Shown here: piece after piece, positions 37,487 to 47,846 of the stretch
Position numbering within the stretch: the stretch's first letter is position 1
Layout of the letters: every line of letters begins with the position of its first letter
IMG/VR virus record: IMGVR_UViG_3300017917_001030
Span: 1 to 64,000 of that record
DNA length: 64,000 nt
Source of the DNA: a virus
Strand: one strand, 5' to 3'
The notes under the pieces: model-generated
What the model was told of the DNA's origin: nothing
Database searches by the model: none
What the model saw: the letters and a program-made list of their open reading frames with translations, nothing else
Made by a program: the position numbers and the translations under genes

Positions 37487-38494
37487 ATGAAAACAGCATT
37501 AATTACTGGTATCACTGGACAAGATGGTTCTTATCTAGCAGAACTATTATTGGAAAAAGGTTATAAGGTACATGGTATTATTCGAAGAAGCTCTTCAATC
37601 AATACCAAGCGCATTGACCACATCTACAACAATCCAAATCTAAAACTACATTATGGCGATGTGACCGACTCTTTATCACTAATGAATGTGATAAAGAAAC
37701 ATAAACCCGACGAAATCTATAACCTTGCGGCGCAAAGTCACGTTGCTGTTTCTTTTGAAACGCCTGAGTACACTGCTATGGTTGATGCTTTAGGCACGCT
37801 AAAAATTCTAGAAGCAGTTAGACTTTTGGATATGCAGGATAGTGTTAAAATTTATCAAGCATCTACTTCGGAACTATATGGACTCGTACAAGAAATTCCT
37901 CAAAAAGAAACAACACCATTTTATCCTCGATCTCCTTATGGTGTGGCTAAATTATATGGCTATTGGATCGTCAAGAACTATCGTGAAGCCTACAATATGT
38001 TTGCTTGCTCTGGTATTCTTTTTAACCACGAGTCCCCTCGCCGCGGACATAACTTTGTTACAAAGAAAATTGTAAATGGTTTAGAGGCAGTCAGCGCTGG
38101 TCGTCAAGATGTTCTTTTGCTAGGCAATCTTAACGCAAAGCGCGATTGGGGTCATGCTAAAGACTATGTCGAGGCAATGTGGTTAATCCTACAGCAGGAC
38201 ACTCCTGATGATTATGTGATTGCAACGGGCGAACAATATTCGGTTAAAGAGTTTGTTGAACGTTGCGCTCCTTATTATGGTTTAAAGATTCGCTGGGAAG
38301 GCGAAGGTGAAAACGAAATCGGTATCAACGAATATAACGGCAAAGTTGTTGTTCGAGTTGATAAGAAATACTTCCGACCAGCAGAAGTAGAAACATTGTT
38401 GGGCGATTCTACAAAGGCTAGAACTGTATTGGGTTGGACACCTAAATATGATTTCGACGCATTGGTTAAGGATATGTGCCTGAACTTTGAGTGA
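37487..38494 (+). CDS. gmd: GDP-mannose 4,6-dehydratase
   Basis: [57 protein letters not shown]. Confidence 0.96.
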   Translation: MKTALITGITGQDGSYLAELLLEKGYKVHGIIRRSSSINTKRIDHIYNNPNLKLHYGDVTDSLSLMNVIKKHKPDEIYNLAAQSHVAVSFETPEYTAMVDALGTLKILEAVRLLDMQDSVKIYQASTSELYGLVQEIPQKETTPFYPRSPYGVAKLYGYWIVKNYREAYNMFACSGILFNHESPRRGHNFVTKKIVNGLEAVSAGRQDVLLLGNLNAKRDWGHAKDYVEAMWLILQQDTPDDYVIATGEQYSVKEFVERCAPYYGLKIRWEGEGENEIGINEYNGKVVVRVDKKYFRPAEVETLLGDSTKARTVLGWTPKYDFDALVKDMCLNFE

Positions 38495-38501
38495 GGTTTT
38501 T

Positions 38502-39437
38502 ATGGAAAAGAATAGTAAAATATTTGTTGCGGGGCATCGAGGTTTGGTCGGCTCTGCGATTGTTAAAAAGCTACAAGAAGAAGGTTATACGAATCTAGTT
38601 CTACGTACACGCAATGAATTAGATTTGCGTGACCAACGAGCAGTTAAAAACTTCTTTAGTACAGAACGTCCCGAATATGTTTTTCTAGCAGCGGCAAAAG
38701 TGGGCGGCATTAATTATAATGCAACACATTCTGCAGACTTCATCTATGATAATTTAGCTATTCAGACTAATGTCATTGATGCAGCATATCGCAATGGTTG
38801 TCAGAAACTTCTTTTTCTCGGTTCGGCGTGTATCTATCCTAAGGTAACACCGCAACCTATTAAGGAAGAATATTTGTTAACTGCTCCCCTTGAACCTACG
38901 AATGAAGGTTATGCACTAGCAAAGATTGCCGGCTTGCGTATGTGCGAATACTACAGAAAACAATATGGGTTTAATGCCATTAGCTGTATGCCCGCAAACT
39001 TGTATGGCCCAAATGATAATTTTATCCCAGAACAAGGTCACGTTATTCCCGGTATTATTACTAAAATGTACCATGCAATTGCTGGCGGCCAAGACAGTAT
39101 TGAATGTTGGGGCGACGGTACACCTACTCGAGAATTCCTATATGTAGATGATCTTGCAGATGCATGCTTTTGGTTAATGCAGAATTATAACGAAAGCCAA
39201 TTTGTTAATGTTGGAAGCGATGAAGAATATACCATTAAAGATCTAGTAGAACTTCTTAAGAAAGAAATGTGCTTCAAGGGAGACATCGTTTGGAACACTA
39301 GTAAACCTAACGGAACTCCTAGACGTAAAATGGATAACAGCAAACTAAAGGCGCTTGGTTGGTCTCCTAAAGTAAAATTTGAGGAAGGTATCAAACGTAC
39401 TATTCAGTCATTTAAGAAAGAAAAGGGGATGCTATGA
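38502..39437 (+). CDS. fcl: GDP-L-fucose synthase / GDP-colitose synthase (Fcl/WcaG/ColC-like)
   Basis: VAGHRGLVGSA, AAAKVGGI, LGSACIYP, YALAK, NLYGPNDNF, REFLYVDD; ATG at 38502. Confidence 0.92.
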   Translation: MEKNSKIFVAGHRGLVGSAIVKKLQEEGYTNLVLRTRNELDLRDQRAVKNFFSTERPEYVFLAAAKVGGINYNATHSADFIYDNLAIQTNVIDAAYRNGCQKLLFLGSACIYPKVTPQPIKEEYLLTAPLEPTNEGYALAKIAGLRMCEYYRKQYGFNAISCMPANLYGPNDNFIPEQGHVIPGIITKMYHAIAGGQDSIECWGDGTPTREFLYVDDLADACFWLMQNYNESQFVNVGSDEEYTIKDLVELLKKEMCFKGDIVWNTSKPNGTPRRKMDNSKLKALGWSPKVKFEEGIKRTIQSFKKEKGML

Positions 39438-40594
39438 GATGGCCTTTGATGGGTGAGACTATCACCTTTACCGACCGCCTAAAGATGGCGCATTTTGTTT
39501 TAACTGCAAAGCGATTCACGTATGGCGAGAAGGTAAAACAGTTTGAGGATGATTGGAATAAGTGGCTAGGTTCTTCCTATTCATTGTATGTCTCATCTGG
39601 TAGTACAGCAAACTTTTTACTTGTTGCTGCAGTTATGGAAATGTATGGTCTTAAGCCTGGCGATAAAGTATTGTTGCCCGCTTGCACTTGGATGACCAAC
39701 GTAGCACCTATTATTCAACTTGGGTTAACTCCTATTTTCTGCGATGTTAATATGCAGAATTATAGTTTTGATCTAGAAGATGCTAAGTACATTAGTACAA
39801 AGCATAAGGATATTAAACTTATTTTTGTATCGCATCTATTAGGTTTTTCCGGCGACAATGAAAAGCTAAGAGAAATTTTCCCTCACGCTTATGTCATAGA
39901 TGATGTATGCGAGTCTCATGGCTGTACTGATAGAGATAATGTTAAGCGTGGCGCACATAGTCTAGGTGCAACATTTAGCTTCTATTTTGGTCATCATATG
40001 TCTACGGTTGAAGGTGGTATGGTTTCTACATACAGCCCAGAACTGTATGATCTAATGCGAATGAAGCGTAGTCATGGCCTTGCCCGTGAGTCTATGAAGT
40101 ACGACAAATATGCAGCAACATATCCTGCTATTGATAAACAATTCTTGTTTGTTACAGATGGCTATAATTTTAGAAACCATGAAATCCCAGCGGTGCTAGG
40201 TATATCGCAGTTGAAACGTTTGGATGATATGATTTTCCAACGTCGTAGAAATTATGACAAATACGTCGAGATCGTAAATTCGAGACCTGATTTATTCTAT
40301 GGTCATCAGCATGACGTTTATAATAGTAGTTTCTGTTTTCCCTTCATCTGCAAGTCCAGAGAAACTATGTTAAGAATGAAAACTGCATTTTACGATAACG
40401 GTATCGAATATAGACCAGTTGTTAGCGGTAACCTATTGGCTCAGCCATTCTTAAATGGTTATAAAATGGTAACGAAGAAAGATGTAACTAACGCAGACAT
40501 TATCCATAGTCAAGGTGTTTACATTGGTAATAATCATTTCATTAATGATAAAGATATGGAATTCTTGAAAGAAGTTGTAAAGGAAATAAAATGA
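39434..40594 (+). CDS. PLP-dependent DegT-family enzyme, ColD-like GDP-4-keto-6-deoxymannose 3-dehydratase
   Basis: SSGSTAN, DVCES.G, SFYFGHHMSTVEGG (His in place of the Schiff-base Lys); no Fe-S Cys cluster; adjacent to gmd/fcl. Confidence 0.75.
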   Translation: MRWPLMGETITFTDRLKMAHFVLTAKRFTYGEKVKQFEDDWNKWLGSSYSLYVSSGSTANFLLVAAVMEMYGLKPGDKVLLPACTWMTNVAPIIQLGLTPIFCDVNMQNYSFDLEDAKYISTKHKDIKLIFVSHLLGFSGDNEKLREIFPHAYVIDDVCESHGCTDRDNVKRGAHSLGATFSFYFGHHMSTVEGGMVSTYSPELYDLMRMKRSHGLARESMKYDKYAATYPAIDKQFLFVTDGYNFRNHEIPAVLGISQLKRLDDMIFQRRRNYDKYVEIVNSRPDLFYGHQHDVYNSSFCFPFICKSRETMLRMKTAFYDNGIEYRPVVSGNLLAQPFLNGYKMVTKKDVTNADIIHSQGVYIGNNHFINDKDMEFLKEVVKEIK

Positions 40595-40938
40595 GTCTAG
40601 GACAAAGTATTGAAGATATTATTAAACAAACAGTTGATACAGTATTGAGTAAAGGCGAAATGCCTGATACTGAATATATTGCTACAGATAACCTAGGCGA
40701 GATTATTGAGAAGCTTGCTATCATTCATATTCGTATGTGGATGTTAGAAGACGCTATTCAAGCAGCTACTTCAGATGAACAGATCGCAGAACTAAAGCGT
40801 AAATGTGATATTTGCTTCAAGGTTAAGCGTCCCAAGTTTGTTCAAGCTATTAATGTTCTTGTAGATGATGCTATTGCAAATAACAAATCTTTGAGAGAAG
40901 ATTCAGTTAAATTGTATAAGGGAATTGACAATGCCTAA
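40591..40938 (+). CDS. Hypothetical helical protein (DUF4254-like)
   Basis: IEKLAIIHIRMWMLED...R...IN pattern; translationally coupled within the island. Confidence 0.5.
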   Translation: MSLGQSIEDIIKQTVDTVLSKGEMPDTEYIATDNLGEIIEKLAIIHIRMWMLEDAIQAATSDEQIAELKRKCDICFKVKRPKFVQAINVLVDDAIANNKSLREDSVKLYKGIDNA

Positions 40939-41857
40939 GATTGTATTCTGGAATAATTTCCATAAGGGTGATATGCACACCCAAAAAGAATTTATCAGAC
41001 AAATTGTAACTGAGCTTGAAGGATATGAGTTTGGTTACATGCATGATAATCCAGAAAAACTTCTATTAGGTCTAGGTGTACCTACACTAGGTAGCCCATC
41101 TTCGCTAAGCCCACGTGAACCTTTCTACAAAGATGAGAACGATACTTTGTATGTTAATACTTGGGTGGGGTGTTTCTGGGACATATTCTGCGAGAATGGC
41201 GGAATCAATATGAATACCTTTATCGTACAATGGACAAAGATATTCGATTTCATTAATCAGGAGTGTGGTACTAATCTTAAAATTAAGAATAGAGAAGATT
41301 ATCTACCTCGTGTTGACTATGAACAGTTTGACGTAAACAATATCAATGAGTTTTTAGCAAACAATAAAAATAAAAAAGTCTTGGTCTGCAACAACGTTCC
41401 TCAGTCGGGACAATCATTTGCCTCATCTATGGGTGAGTACATTTTGCCTTTGGCGGAAGCAGATCAAGACACCCTATTCATCTGCACGAATAAAATAGAT
41501 ACCAACGGGCTATCTAATGTGCTATTTACTGATGACATTATCAAGTGTAAGGATGGGTGTGACCTGCCTGAGATATCTTATCTAAGCAGACATTGTGATG
41601 TTATTATTGGTAAGAACTCTGGCCCATATGTATTTTGTGAGACATATGATAACTTTATGGATGAGACAAAAACATTCGTCTCGTTGAATAAGAAGCATCC
41701 AGACTTTGATACTATTAAAGAGACAATGTCTAACGGTGTAGACTATAAGTGTTCATATACTACAGTTCCTATTTTTAATATCGAATCACCTTCTGCTGAT
41801 GACTGCGAACGTGTTTATAATGCTATTGTGAAGGCACTAGGTTATGAAGAAGCTTAA
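40925..41857 (+). CDS. Hypothetical glycan-island protein (possible GT-B transferase)
   Basis: HKGD N-terminus and EISYLS..CDVIIGKNSGP C-terminal motif, reminiscent of GT9-like folds. Confidence 0.45.
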   Translation: MTMPKIVFWNNFHKGDMHTQKEFIRQIVTELEGYEFGYMHDNPEKLLLGLGVPTLGSPSSLSPREPFYKDENDTLYVNTWVGCFWDIFCENGGINMNTFIVQWTKIFDFINQECGTNLKIKNREDYLPRVDYEQFDVNNINEFLANNKNKKVLVCNNVPQSGQSFASSMGEYILPLAEADQDTLFICTNKIDTNGLSNVLFTDDIIKCKDGCDLPEISYLSRHCDVIIGKNSGPYVFCETYDNFMDETKTFVSLNKKHPDFDTIKETMSNGVDYKCSYTTVPIFNIESPSADDCERVYNAIVKALGYEEA

Positions 41858-42713
41858 GCTAGGATTTACAGATACACATCCGCATCTTGCTCAATTCTTT
41901 TATTCTATTCTTAGTTCAAGATATGATGTAGAAGTTGTTACAGAAAATTTCGACTTTCTGATTTTTGGAGATGATAATTTTGGTAACAATAATTTAAATT
42001 ATTCCAAAGATGATTGCGTAAAGATCTTCTTTACTGGTGAGAATAGACGACCAGAAAATTTTGATTGCCATTACGCGATTTCCTTCGATCATAACTTTGA
42101 ACCGTGGCATTATAGATTGCCATTATTTGTCGTTTATATGTGGGCATGGGAACATATCCATAAGATGAAGTATGACTATAACTACATCTTCAATCCCGAA
42201 ATAAAAGACAAAACAGGATTCGCTTCTTTTGTTGTCTCGAACCCTGGGTGTAAAGAACGAAATGAGTTTTTTAATATTCTAAATTCTAGAAAACCTGTTG
42301 ACAGTGGAGGCAAACTGTTTAATAATATAGGTATGACTCTAGATGGGGAACAGGCAAAGATTGATTTTCTGTCATCCAGAAAGTTTAATATTTGTTTTGA
42401 ACCCTACGCCCATCCTGGTTATGTAACAGAGAAAATCCTTCACGCATTCTATGCAGGCACTGTTCCTATTTACTGGGGTAGCGAAACTATTGCATCGGAT
42501 TTTAATCCAAACGCATTTATTAATGCATACGATTTTAGTACACTTGAAGAACTTGCCGACTATGTAATGGAAGTAGATAGTGATGATCGCTTGTATAACG
42601 AAATGGTAACACAACCTAAGTTTACATCAAATATCCCTCCCTCCTATATGTTGTTGGACAATTTTTTAAATTGGTTTGACGCCGTAGTCTATAACAAAAT
42701 TTTACAACGATGA
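41844..42713 (+). CDS. Alpha-1,3-fucosyltransferase (GT10)
   Basis: FFTGENRRP, FVVSN, K.DFLSSRKFNICFE...GYVTEKI.HAF.AGTVPIYWG. Confidence 0.88.
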   Translation: MKKLKLGFTDTHPHLAQFFYSILSSRYDVEVVTENFDFLIFGDDNFGNNNLNYSKDDCVKIFFTGENRRPENFDCHYAISFDHNFEPWHYRLPLFVVYMWAWEHIHKMKYDYNYIFNPEIKDKTGFASFVVSNPGCKERNEFFNILNSRKPVDSGGKLFNNIGMTLDGEQAKIDFLSSRKFNICFEPYAHPGYVTEKILHAFYAGTVPIYWGSETIASDFNPNAFINAYDFSTLEELADYVMEVDSDDRLYNEMVTQPKFTSNIPPSYMLLDNFLNWFDAVVYNKILQR

Positions 42714-43423
42714 AAATACATACATTTATTTTTAATTGGCGTGGCCAATATGATAAGACTAAACAAAAAGAACAACAACTAAAAGACCTTAACATTCCTT
42801 TTACCGTTATTAATAGTGATGAAGAACACGAAGAAGATGGTTGGGAAAATATAGGCGAAGAAAGTTATTTTACTGCCCAGTTCTTAAAGGCAGTTGAAAT
42901 ATTTTCTAAAACAGATGCAGATGCACTGTTCCATATTCAAGCCGATGCCAGTTTCGATAATTGGGGCGGATTGATCTACGATGCAGAAAAATACTTTGAA
43001 GAATATAATTGGGGCATTTATGCACCCAATGTAGATTACACATGGTATGATTCTAGTCGTGTTGATCTTAATGCGCTTGAACTAGAATATCCTAACCTTA
43101 AAATGGTATCCAACACTGATTGTACTTGTTGGTTCATTCATCGAGACATTATTAAAATGGCTTACGATAGAGGCGTAGACTTCTCGCCTTATAAGATGGG
43201 TTGGAGTTTTGATATTGTTTATACTGCTTTGGCTTACATGAGTCAAAGACCAGTTCTAAGAGATTATAACTATACTATTGACCATCCGAAAGGAACCAAT
43301 TATAATACAGAACAGGCTGAAAAAGAAATGCAGGATCTTTTCTTCTCATTGCCTAACGATATTCAAATTGCATTCGCATCTATAAAAGGCGATAAGAATA
43401 ACCTATACAATTACTACAAATAA
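42710..43423 (+). CDS. Hypothetical glycosyltransferase-like protein
   Basis: HIQADA motif, GWSFD, HPKGTNY; coupled within the island. Confidence 0.45.
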   Translation: MKIHTFIFNWRGQYDKTKQKEQQLKDLNIPFTVINSDEEHEEDGWENIGEESYFTAQFLKAVEIFSKTDADALFHIQADASFDNWGGLIYDAEKYFEEYNWGIYAPNVDYTWYDSSRVDLNALELEYPNLKMVSNTDCTCWFIHRDIIKMAYDRGVDFSPYKMGWSFDIVYTALAYMSQRPVLRDYNYTIDHPKGTNYNTEQAEKEMQDLFFSLPNDIQIAFASIKGDKNNLYNYYK

Positions 43424-43424
43424 T

Positions 43425-44348
43425 ATGCGATATGACTTTTTCCAATTAAACGATTTACTGTCTCAGAAGTTGCAGAGCGGTGAACCGTTTTCCTGCCTGC
43501 GTATAGATAATACTGCCGGCTATGTTATGGATTGTCTGTATAAAGGAGAGCTGCCATCTAAAGAGTTCTATAATGAAAACACTTTAGTAGAGGGTGGCGT
43601 ATATCCTAACATTATGGAGTATGCGTATAATACTGTTATACCCATGACACATGCTGCAATGAAGAAATGTGATATCCTTGGCTTTGTGGATATGTCTGAA
43701 AGCATTGCACGTAATACACAATTTGTTTCTGAGTTTGGTGAGAAGCCAAACTTCTTTGGTCACAATGATATGTTGATTATGGATCCTGGTGCATTGTTAA
43801 ATGTTACGGGTCATCACTATGTTAAAACACCTTGGCCTACATATCTAAAAGGCAAAAAGGTTCTCGTCATTAGTACCCATGCAGAAACAATACAACACCA
43901 ATGGAATAATATAGATAAGATTTGGGGCGATAAGAAAGACTCCATCGTTCCATTTGACCTTGTAGGTATTATTAAATCCCCGTATCATCCTGCAATGGAC
44001 GCACGGCAATATCCTGGTTGTGATACATGGGATAAGACTGTAGACTATATTATGCAGGAAATTAGACAATATGATTTCGATGTATTGTTAACTAGTTCTA
44101 CAACATCCTCTCCTATCTATGCAGTATTAGCTGCTGAAATGGGTAAGGTTGGTATACAAACCGGAGGTGTGCTGCAACTATGGTTTGGTATTCTAGGTTA
44201 TCGTTGGTCTGTGGAAGCAAACAACGGTTATAAACCATGGGCAACAATGTATAACGAACATTGGATGTACCCTCTTGAACAAGATGAGCCGGCGAATAGA
44301 AATAAGTACGCCTTTTTAGAAACAAACTATGCTTATTGGAAACGATGA
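43425..44348 (+). CDS. Hypothetical glycan-island protein (possible GT-D-like)
   Basis: RIDNT, PW..YLKGKKVLVIS, DFDVLL, GKVGIQTGGVLQLWFGILGYRW. Confidence 0.5.
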   Translation: MRYDFFQLNDLLSQKLQSGEPFSCLRIDNTAGYVMDCLYKGELPSKEFYNENTLVEGGVYPNIMEYAYNTVIPMTHAAMKKCDILGFVDMSESIARNTQFVSEFGEKPNFFGHNDMLIMDPGALLNVTGHHYVKTPWPTYLKGKKVLVISTHAETIQHQWNNIDKIWGDKKDSIVPFDLVGIIKSPYHPAMDARQYPGCDTWDKTVDYIMQEIRQYDFDVLLTSSTTSSPIYAVLAAEMGKVGIQTGGVLQLWFGILGYRWSVEANNGYKPWATMYNEHWMYPLEQDEPANRNKYAFLETNYAYWKR

Positions 44349-45670
44349 ATAAACAAGATATTATTAACGGCGTAGCCGAGTATATTAGAAATAAACAACA
44401 AAATAAAACCTGGGAAGCAGGAAAAGATTTTGTTAACTATGCTGGCCCACATTTTGATGAACGTGAGATTACAGATGCAGTTTCTGTTCTTCTAGATGGT
44501 TGGTTGGTTATGGGAGATAAGTCTCTTAAATTCGAGAAAGAATTTCCTAAACAGTTTGGAAAGAATCATGGCATTCTAACTAATTCAGGATCAAGCTCTA
44601 ACCTTTTGATGATGGCTACTCTGACATCTAAGAGAGGTTATAACCTTCCTAAGGGAACAAAGGTGTTGATGCCTATTGCAGGATTCCCTACAACACTTAA
44701 TCCAACTCTACAATTAGGGTTCACACCTGTTTTTGTAGATATTGAAATTGATACACTAAATTTAAATCTGGAACAAGCAGAAGCAGCGTTAAAGCAACAT
44801 CCAGATATTAGAGTAATTACCTTTGCTCACGTATTAGGCAATCCTCCTAATATGGATAAGGTAATGGAGTTGGTTCAACGATACAATCTTATCTTTTTAG
44901 AAGATTGTTGTGATGCTTTGGGATCCACATATGACGGAAAACCTTTGGGCAGTTTTGGTGATATGGCTTCTTGTTCTTTTTATCCTGCACATCACATGAC
45001 TATGGGTGAAGGTGGCTTCGTTGCGTGTAAAGACTATGAGACAGAAGTCATTGCTAGATCTTTCAGAGAATGGGGACGTGGTTGTTATTGCGTAGGCCCA
45101 GAAGCAAATAAACTACAATGCGGATCTTGTGGTAAACGATTCAGCGAATGGATTCCTTCCATGCCGGGTGAGGTGTTCGATCATAAATATGTCTATGATG
45201 AGATCGGTTATAATCTTAAGCCTATCGAACTGCAAGGTGCGATGGGACTTGTACAATTAGAAAAATTAGAGGAAATTCATGCCTATCGTCGCCGTAATTA
45301 TCAGTTGCTATATGCTTTTTACTCTAAGTATGAGCAATTCTTCCACCTACCTAGAGCAACAGAGAAATCTGATCCTAGTTGGTTCGCCTTCCCGTTGACT
45401 CTTCGTAAGGATGCTCCTTTTACAAGAGACGAATATGTTCAATGGCTAGAACAGAATAGAATTCAGACTAGACCTTACTTTGCAGGTAACATTATGCTAC
45501 AACCTGCATATTCACATATTATGGATCAAAATGTTGCAAAGAATAATTTCCCTGTTGCAACATATGTAATGACACATACTTTCTTCCATGGAACAAGTCC
45601 TGTTATTACCCCAGAACAAATTGAATATATCGGCAAAACAGCAAGTGCATTCTTGGATTTATATGTATGA
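44345..45670 (+). CDS. rfbH: NDP-4-keto-6-deoxyglucose 3-dehydratase (RfbH/DdhC, E1)
   Basis: NSGSSSNL, EDCCDALG, SFYPAHHMTMGEGG, WGRGCYC...CGSCGKRF Fe-S cysteines, DHKYVY..IGYNLK. Confidence 0.9.
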   Translation: MNKQDIINGVAEYIRNKQQNKTWEAGKDFVNYAGPHFDEREITDAVSVLLDGWLVMGDKSLKFEKEFPKQFGKNHGILTNSGSSSNLLMMATLTSKRGYNLPKGTKVLMPIAGFPTTLNPTLQLGFTPVFVDIEIDTLNLNLEQAEAALKQHPDIRVITFAHVLGNPPNMDKVMELVQRYNLIFLEDCCDALGSTYDGKPLGSFGDMASCSFYPAHHMTMGEGGFVACKDYETEVIARSFREWGRGCYCVGPEANKLQCGSCGKRFSEWIPSMPGEVFDHKYVYDEIGYNLKPIELQGAMGLVQLEKLEEIHAYRRRNYQLLYAFYSKYEQFFHLPRATEKSDPSWFAFPLTLRKDAPFTRDEYVQWLEQNRIQTRPYFAGNIMLQPAYSHIMDQNVAKNNFPVATYVMTHTFFHGTSPVITPEQIEYIGKTASAFLDLYV

Positions 45671-46836
45671 AAAAGCTAAGTGACGCTGCATTAAACATAG
45701 ATGGACAGCCCATGTTCAAGTACTTGGACAGGGCTAGGAAGTTGGAACAACAGGGTCGTTCAATGATTCATATGGAAATCGGTGACCCTGATTTCTCCAC
45801 GCCTCATAATATTACTATGGCAGCGTTTAAAGCTTTGGCTGAGGGCAAAACACATTATACAAGTAGCTGGGGTGATCTAGAATTTAGAGAAGCAATAAGA
45901 GATGCTACATTAAGCAGCCGAGGGTTTTATCCTGATCTTAATCAAGTTCTAGTATTGCCTGGCGCAAACATTGGCATATTTTATGCGGTGTTTTGTTTAT
46001 GTGATCCTGGTACAGAAGTTCTTGTACCAGACCCAGGGTTTGCGACATACTACAGTTCAATAAAGATGTGTGGTGTAAATGCAGTTCGTGTTCATTTGAA
46101 AGAGGAGCATGGATTTAGAATGCAAGCCGAGGATGTAAGAAAACTAATTACAGACAAAACAAGATTGCTTATTCTTAATAGTCCAAACAATCCGACAGGT
46201 GCAGTTATGACTAAAGAAGAATTAAAAGCAATATATGATCTATGCGTTGAGAAAGACATTTATCTCTACAGCGATGAAATCTATAGTCGAATGATTTATG
46301 ACGACTATGAATTCACTAGCCCTAGCCAATATGACAAGTGCATGACCCATGTTATTTTAAGTAATGGTTTTAGCAAAGCATTTGCAATGACTGGATGGAG
46401 ACTCGGTTGCTTGATTGGTCCTGCAGAAGTTATGGAAAGAATGGCTGCGTTGTTACAGACAACAAGTAGTTGCGTTAGTTCTTTCATACAAAGTGCAGGC
46501 ACTGAGGCGATTCGAGGCCCACAAGATGCAGTATATAAGATGATGTTTGAATATAAACAACGCCGTGATCTATTGGTATCTGGTCTAAATACAATAAAGG
46601 GATTTAATTGTCAGACACCAGGCGGCGCATTTTATGTGTTTCCTAATATTACAGAAACGGGCCTAACAGATGTTGAGGTGTGTGAACAGCTAATGGATAA
46701 AGCAGGTGTTGTAACTGTACCGGGTAGTTGTTTTGGTGAACACGGTGCTGGGCATATTCGGTTATGTTATGCAACAGATATGTATAGTATCAAGTCTGCA
46801 TTAAATCGAATTAACAAATGGGCGGAGAATCTATGA
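45667..46836 (+). CDS. PLP-dependent class I/II aminotransferase
   Basis: IGDPDF, NSPNNPTG, SDEIY, GFSKAFAMTGWRLG, GAFYVF. Confidence 0.9.
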   Translation: MKKLSDAALNIDGQPMFKYLDRARKLEQQGRSMIHMEIGDPDFSTPHNITMAAFKALAEGKTHYTSSWGDLEFREAIRDATLSSRGFYPDLNQVLVLPGANIGIFYAVFCLCDPGTEVLVPDPGFATYYSSIKMCGVNAVRVHLKEEHGFRMQAEDVRKLITDKTRLLILNSPNNPTGAVMTKEELKAIYDLCVEKDIYLYSDEIYSRMIYDDYEFTSPSQYDKCMTHVILSNGFSKAFAMTGWRLGCLIGPAEVMERMAALLQTTSSCVSSFIQSAGTEAIRGPQDAVYKMMFEYKQRRDLLVSGLNTIKGFNCQTPGGAFYVFPNITETGLTDVEVCEQLMDKAGVVTVPGSCFGEHGAGHIRLCYATDMYSIKSALNRINKWAENL

Positions 46837-47846
46837 GAGTAAGTGATTGGATTGCTAATTATTTAAAATCTATTGGAGTGGAACGTGTTCATGGTCTAAT
46901 GGGTGGCGGTGCTGCTGGTCTTAATGATGGTTTTATTAAGCAAGGTATGCCATATATTTGTTACCATCATGAACAAGGTGCAGGCCATGCTGCAATCGGT
47001 GAAAGTAAATTTACCGGAAAAGTCTCTGTTGTTAATCCAACGACTGGGTGTGCTGGAACAAATTGTGCAACATCTGTTCTTAATGCCTGGCAAGATAGCG
47101 TGCCTGTTGTTTTTATTAGCGGTAATGTTCGTAAAAATACTTGTAGCAGATACATTAATAAACAGCGTAAAACAAACATCAGAAAATATGGCATTCAAGA
47201 ACATGATGTAGTTGAGACCTACAAGTCGATGACAAAATACTCTGTGTTTATTGAAAGCCCCGAGGATGTTTGTTACGAACTACAAAAAGCAATATTTATT
47301 GCAACCTCTGATCGTAAGGGCCCTGTTTGGCTAGATATTCCTAGTGATGTTCAAAGTGCGTCTATGCCTGAAAATCCAAGAACATACAATGATCTATCTA
47401 TTAATATAGAGGGCAATTCTGAAATTTTTGAAACTTATAAAGACCTAATTAATAAGGCAGAAAGGCCTGTTGTTCTTGCAGGTTACGGTATTAGACAAAG
47501 TGATACTGTAGAAAATTTTGTAGAGTTTATTGAGCAATACAATATTCCCTATGTTAGTACATATGGTGCTCGAGATTATACAGAGTTCAATCATCCTCTT
47601 AATATTGGCGCAGTGGGTATTAAAGGAAGTAGAGCAGGTAATTTTGCGATGCAGAATGCTGATCTATTATTAATTCTAGGATGTAGTTTAAATAGTAGCG
47701 TAATTGGTTATGATCCTGCGCAGTTTAGTCCAAAGAGTTATAAAATACTAGTAGATATAGATTCCAATGAAATGGAAAAAGATATTATTAAAGTGGACAA
47801 AAAGTTCTGTTCCTCATTAGACAAATTTTTCGCGGGGATGAAATGA
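46833..47846 (+). CDS. ThDP-dependent acetolactate-synthase-like (YerE-like) enzyme, N-terminal and central domains
   Basis: HHEQGAGHAA, TTGCAGTN, AWQDSVP, GPVWLDIP.DVQ, RAGNFAMQNADLLLILG. Confidence 0.85.
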   Translation: MRVSDWIANYLKSIGVERVHGLMGGGAAGLNDGFIKQGMPYICYHHEQGAGHAAIGESKFTGKVSVVNPTTGCAGTNCATSVLNAWQDSVPVVFISGNVRKNTCSRYINKQRKTNIRKYGIQEHDVVETYKSMTKYSVFIESPEDVCYELQKAIFIATSDRKGPVWLDIPSDVQSASMPENPRTYNDLSINIEGNSEIFETYKDLINKAERPVVLAGYGIRQSDTVENFVEFIEQYNIPYVSTYGARDYTEFNHPLNIGAVGIKGSRAGNFAMQNADLLLILGCSLNSSVIGYDPAQFSPKSYKILVDIDSNEMEKDIIKVDKKFCSSLDKFFAGMK

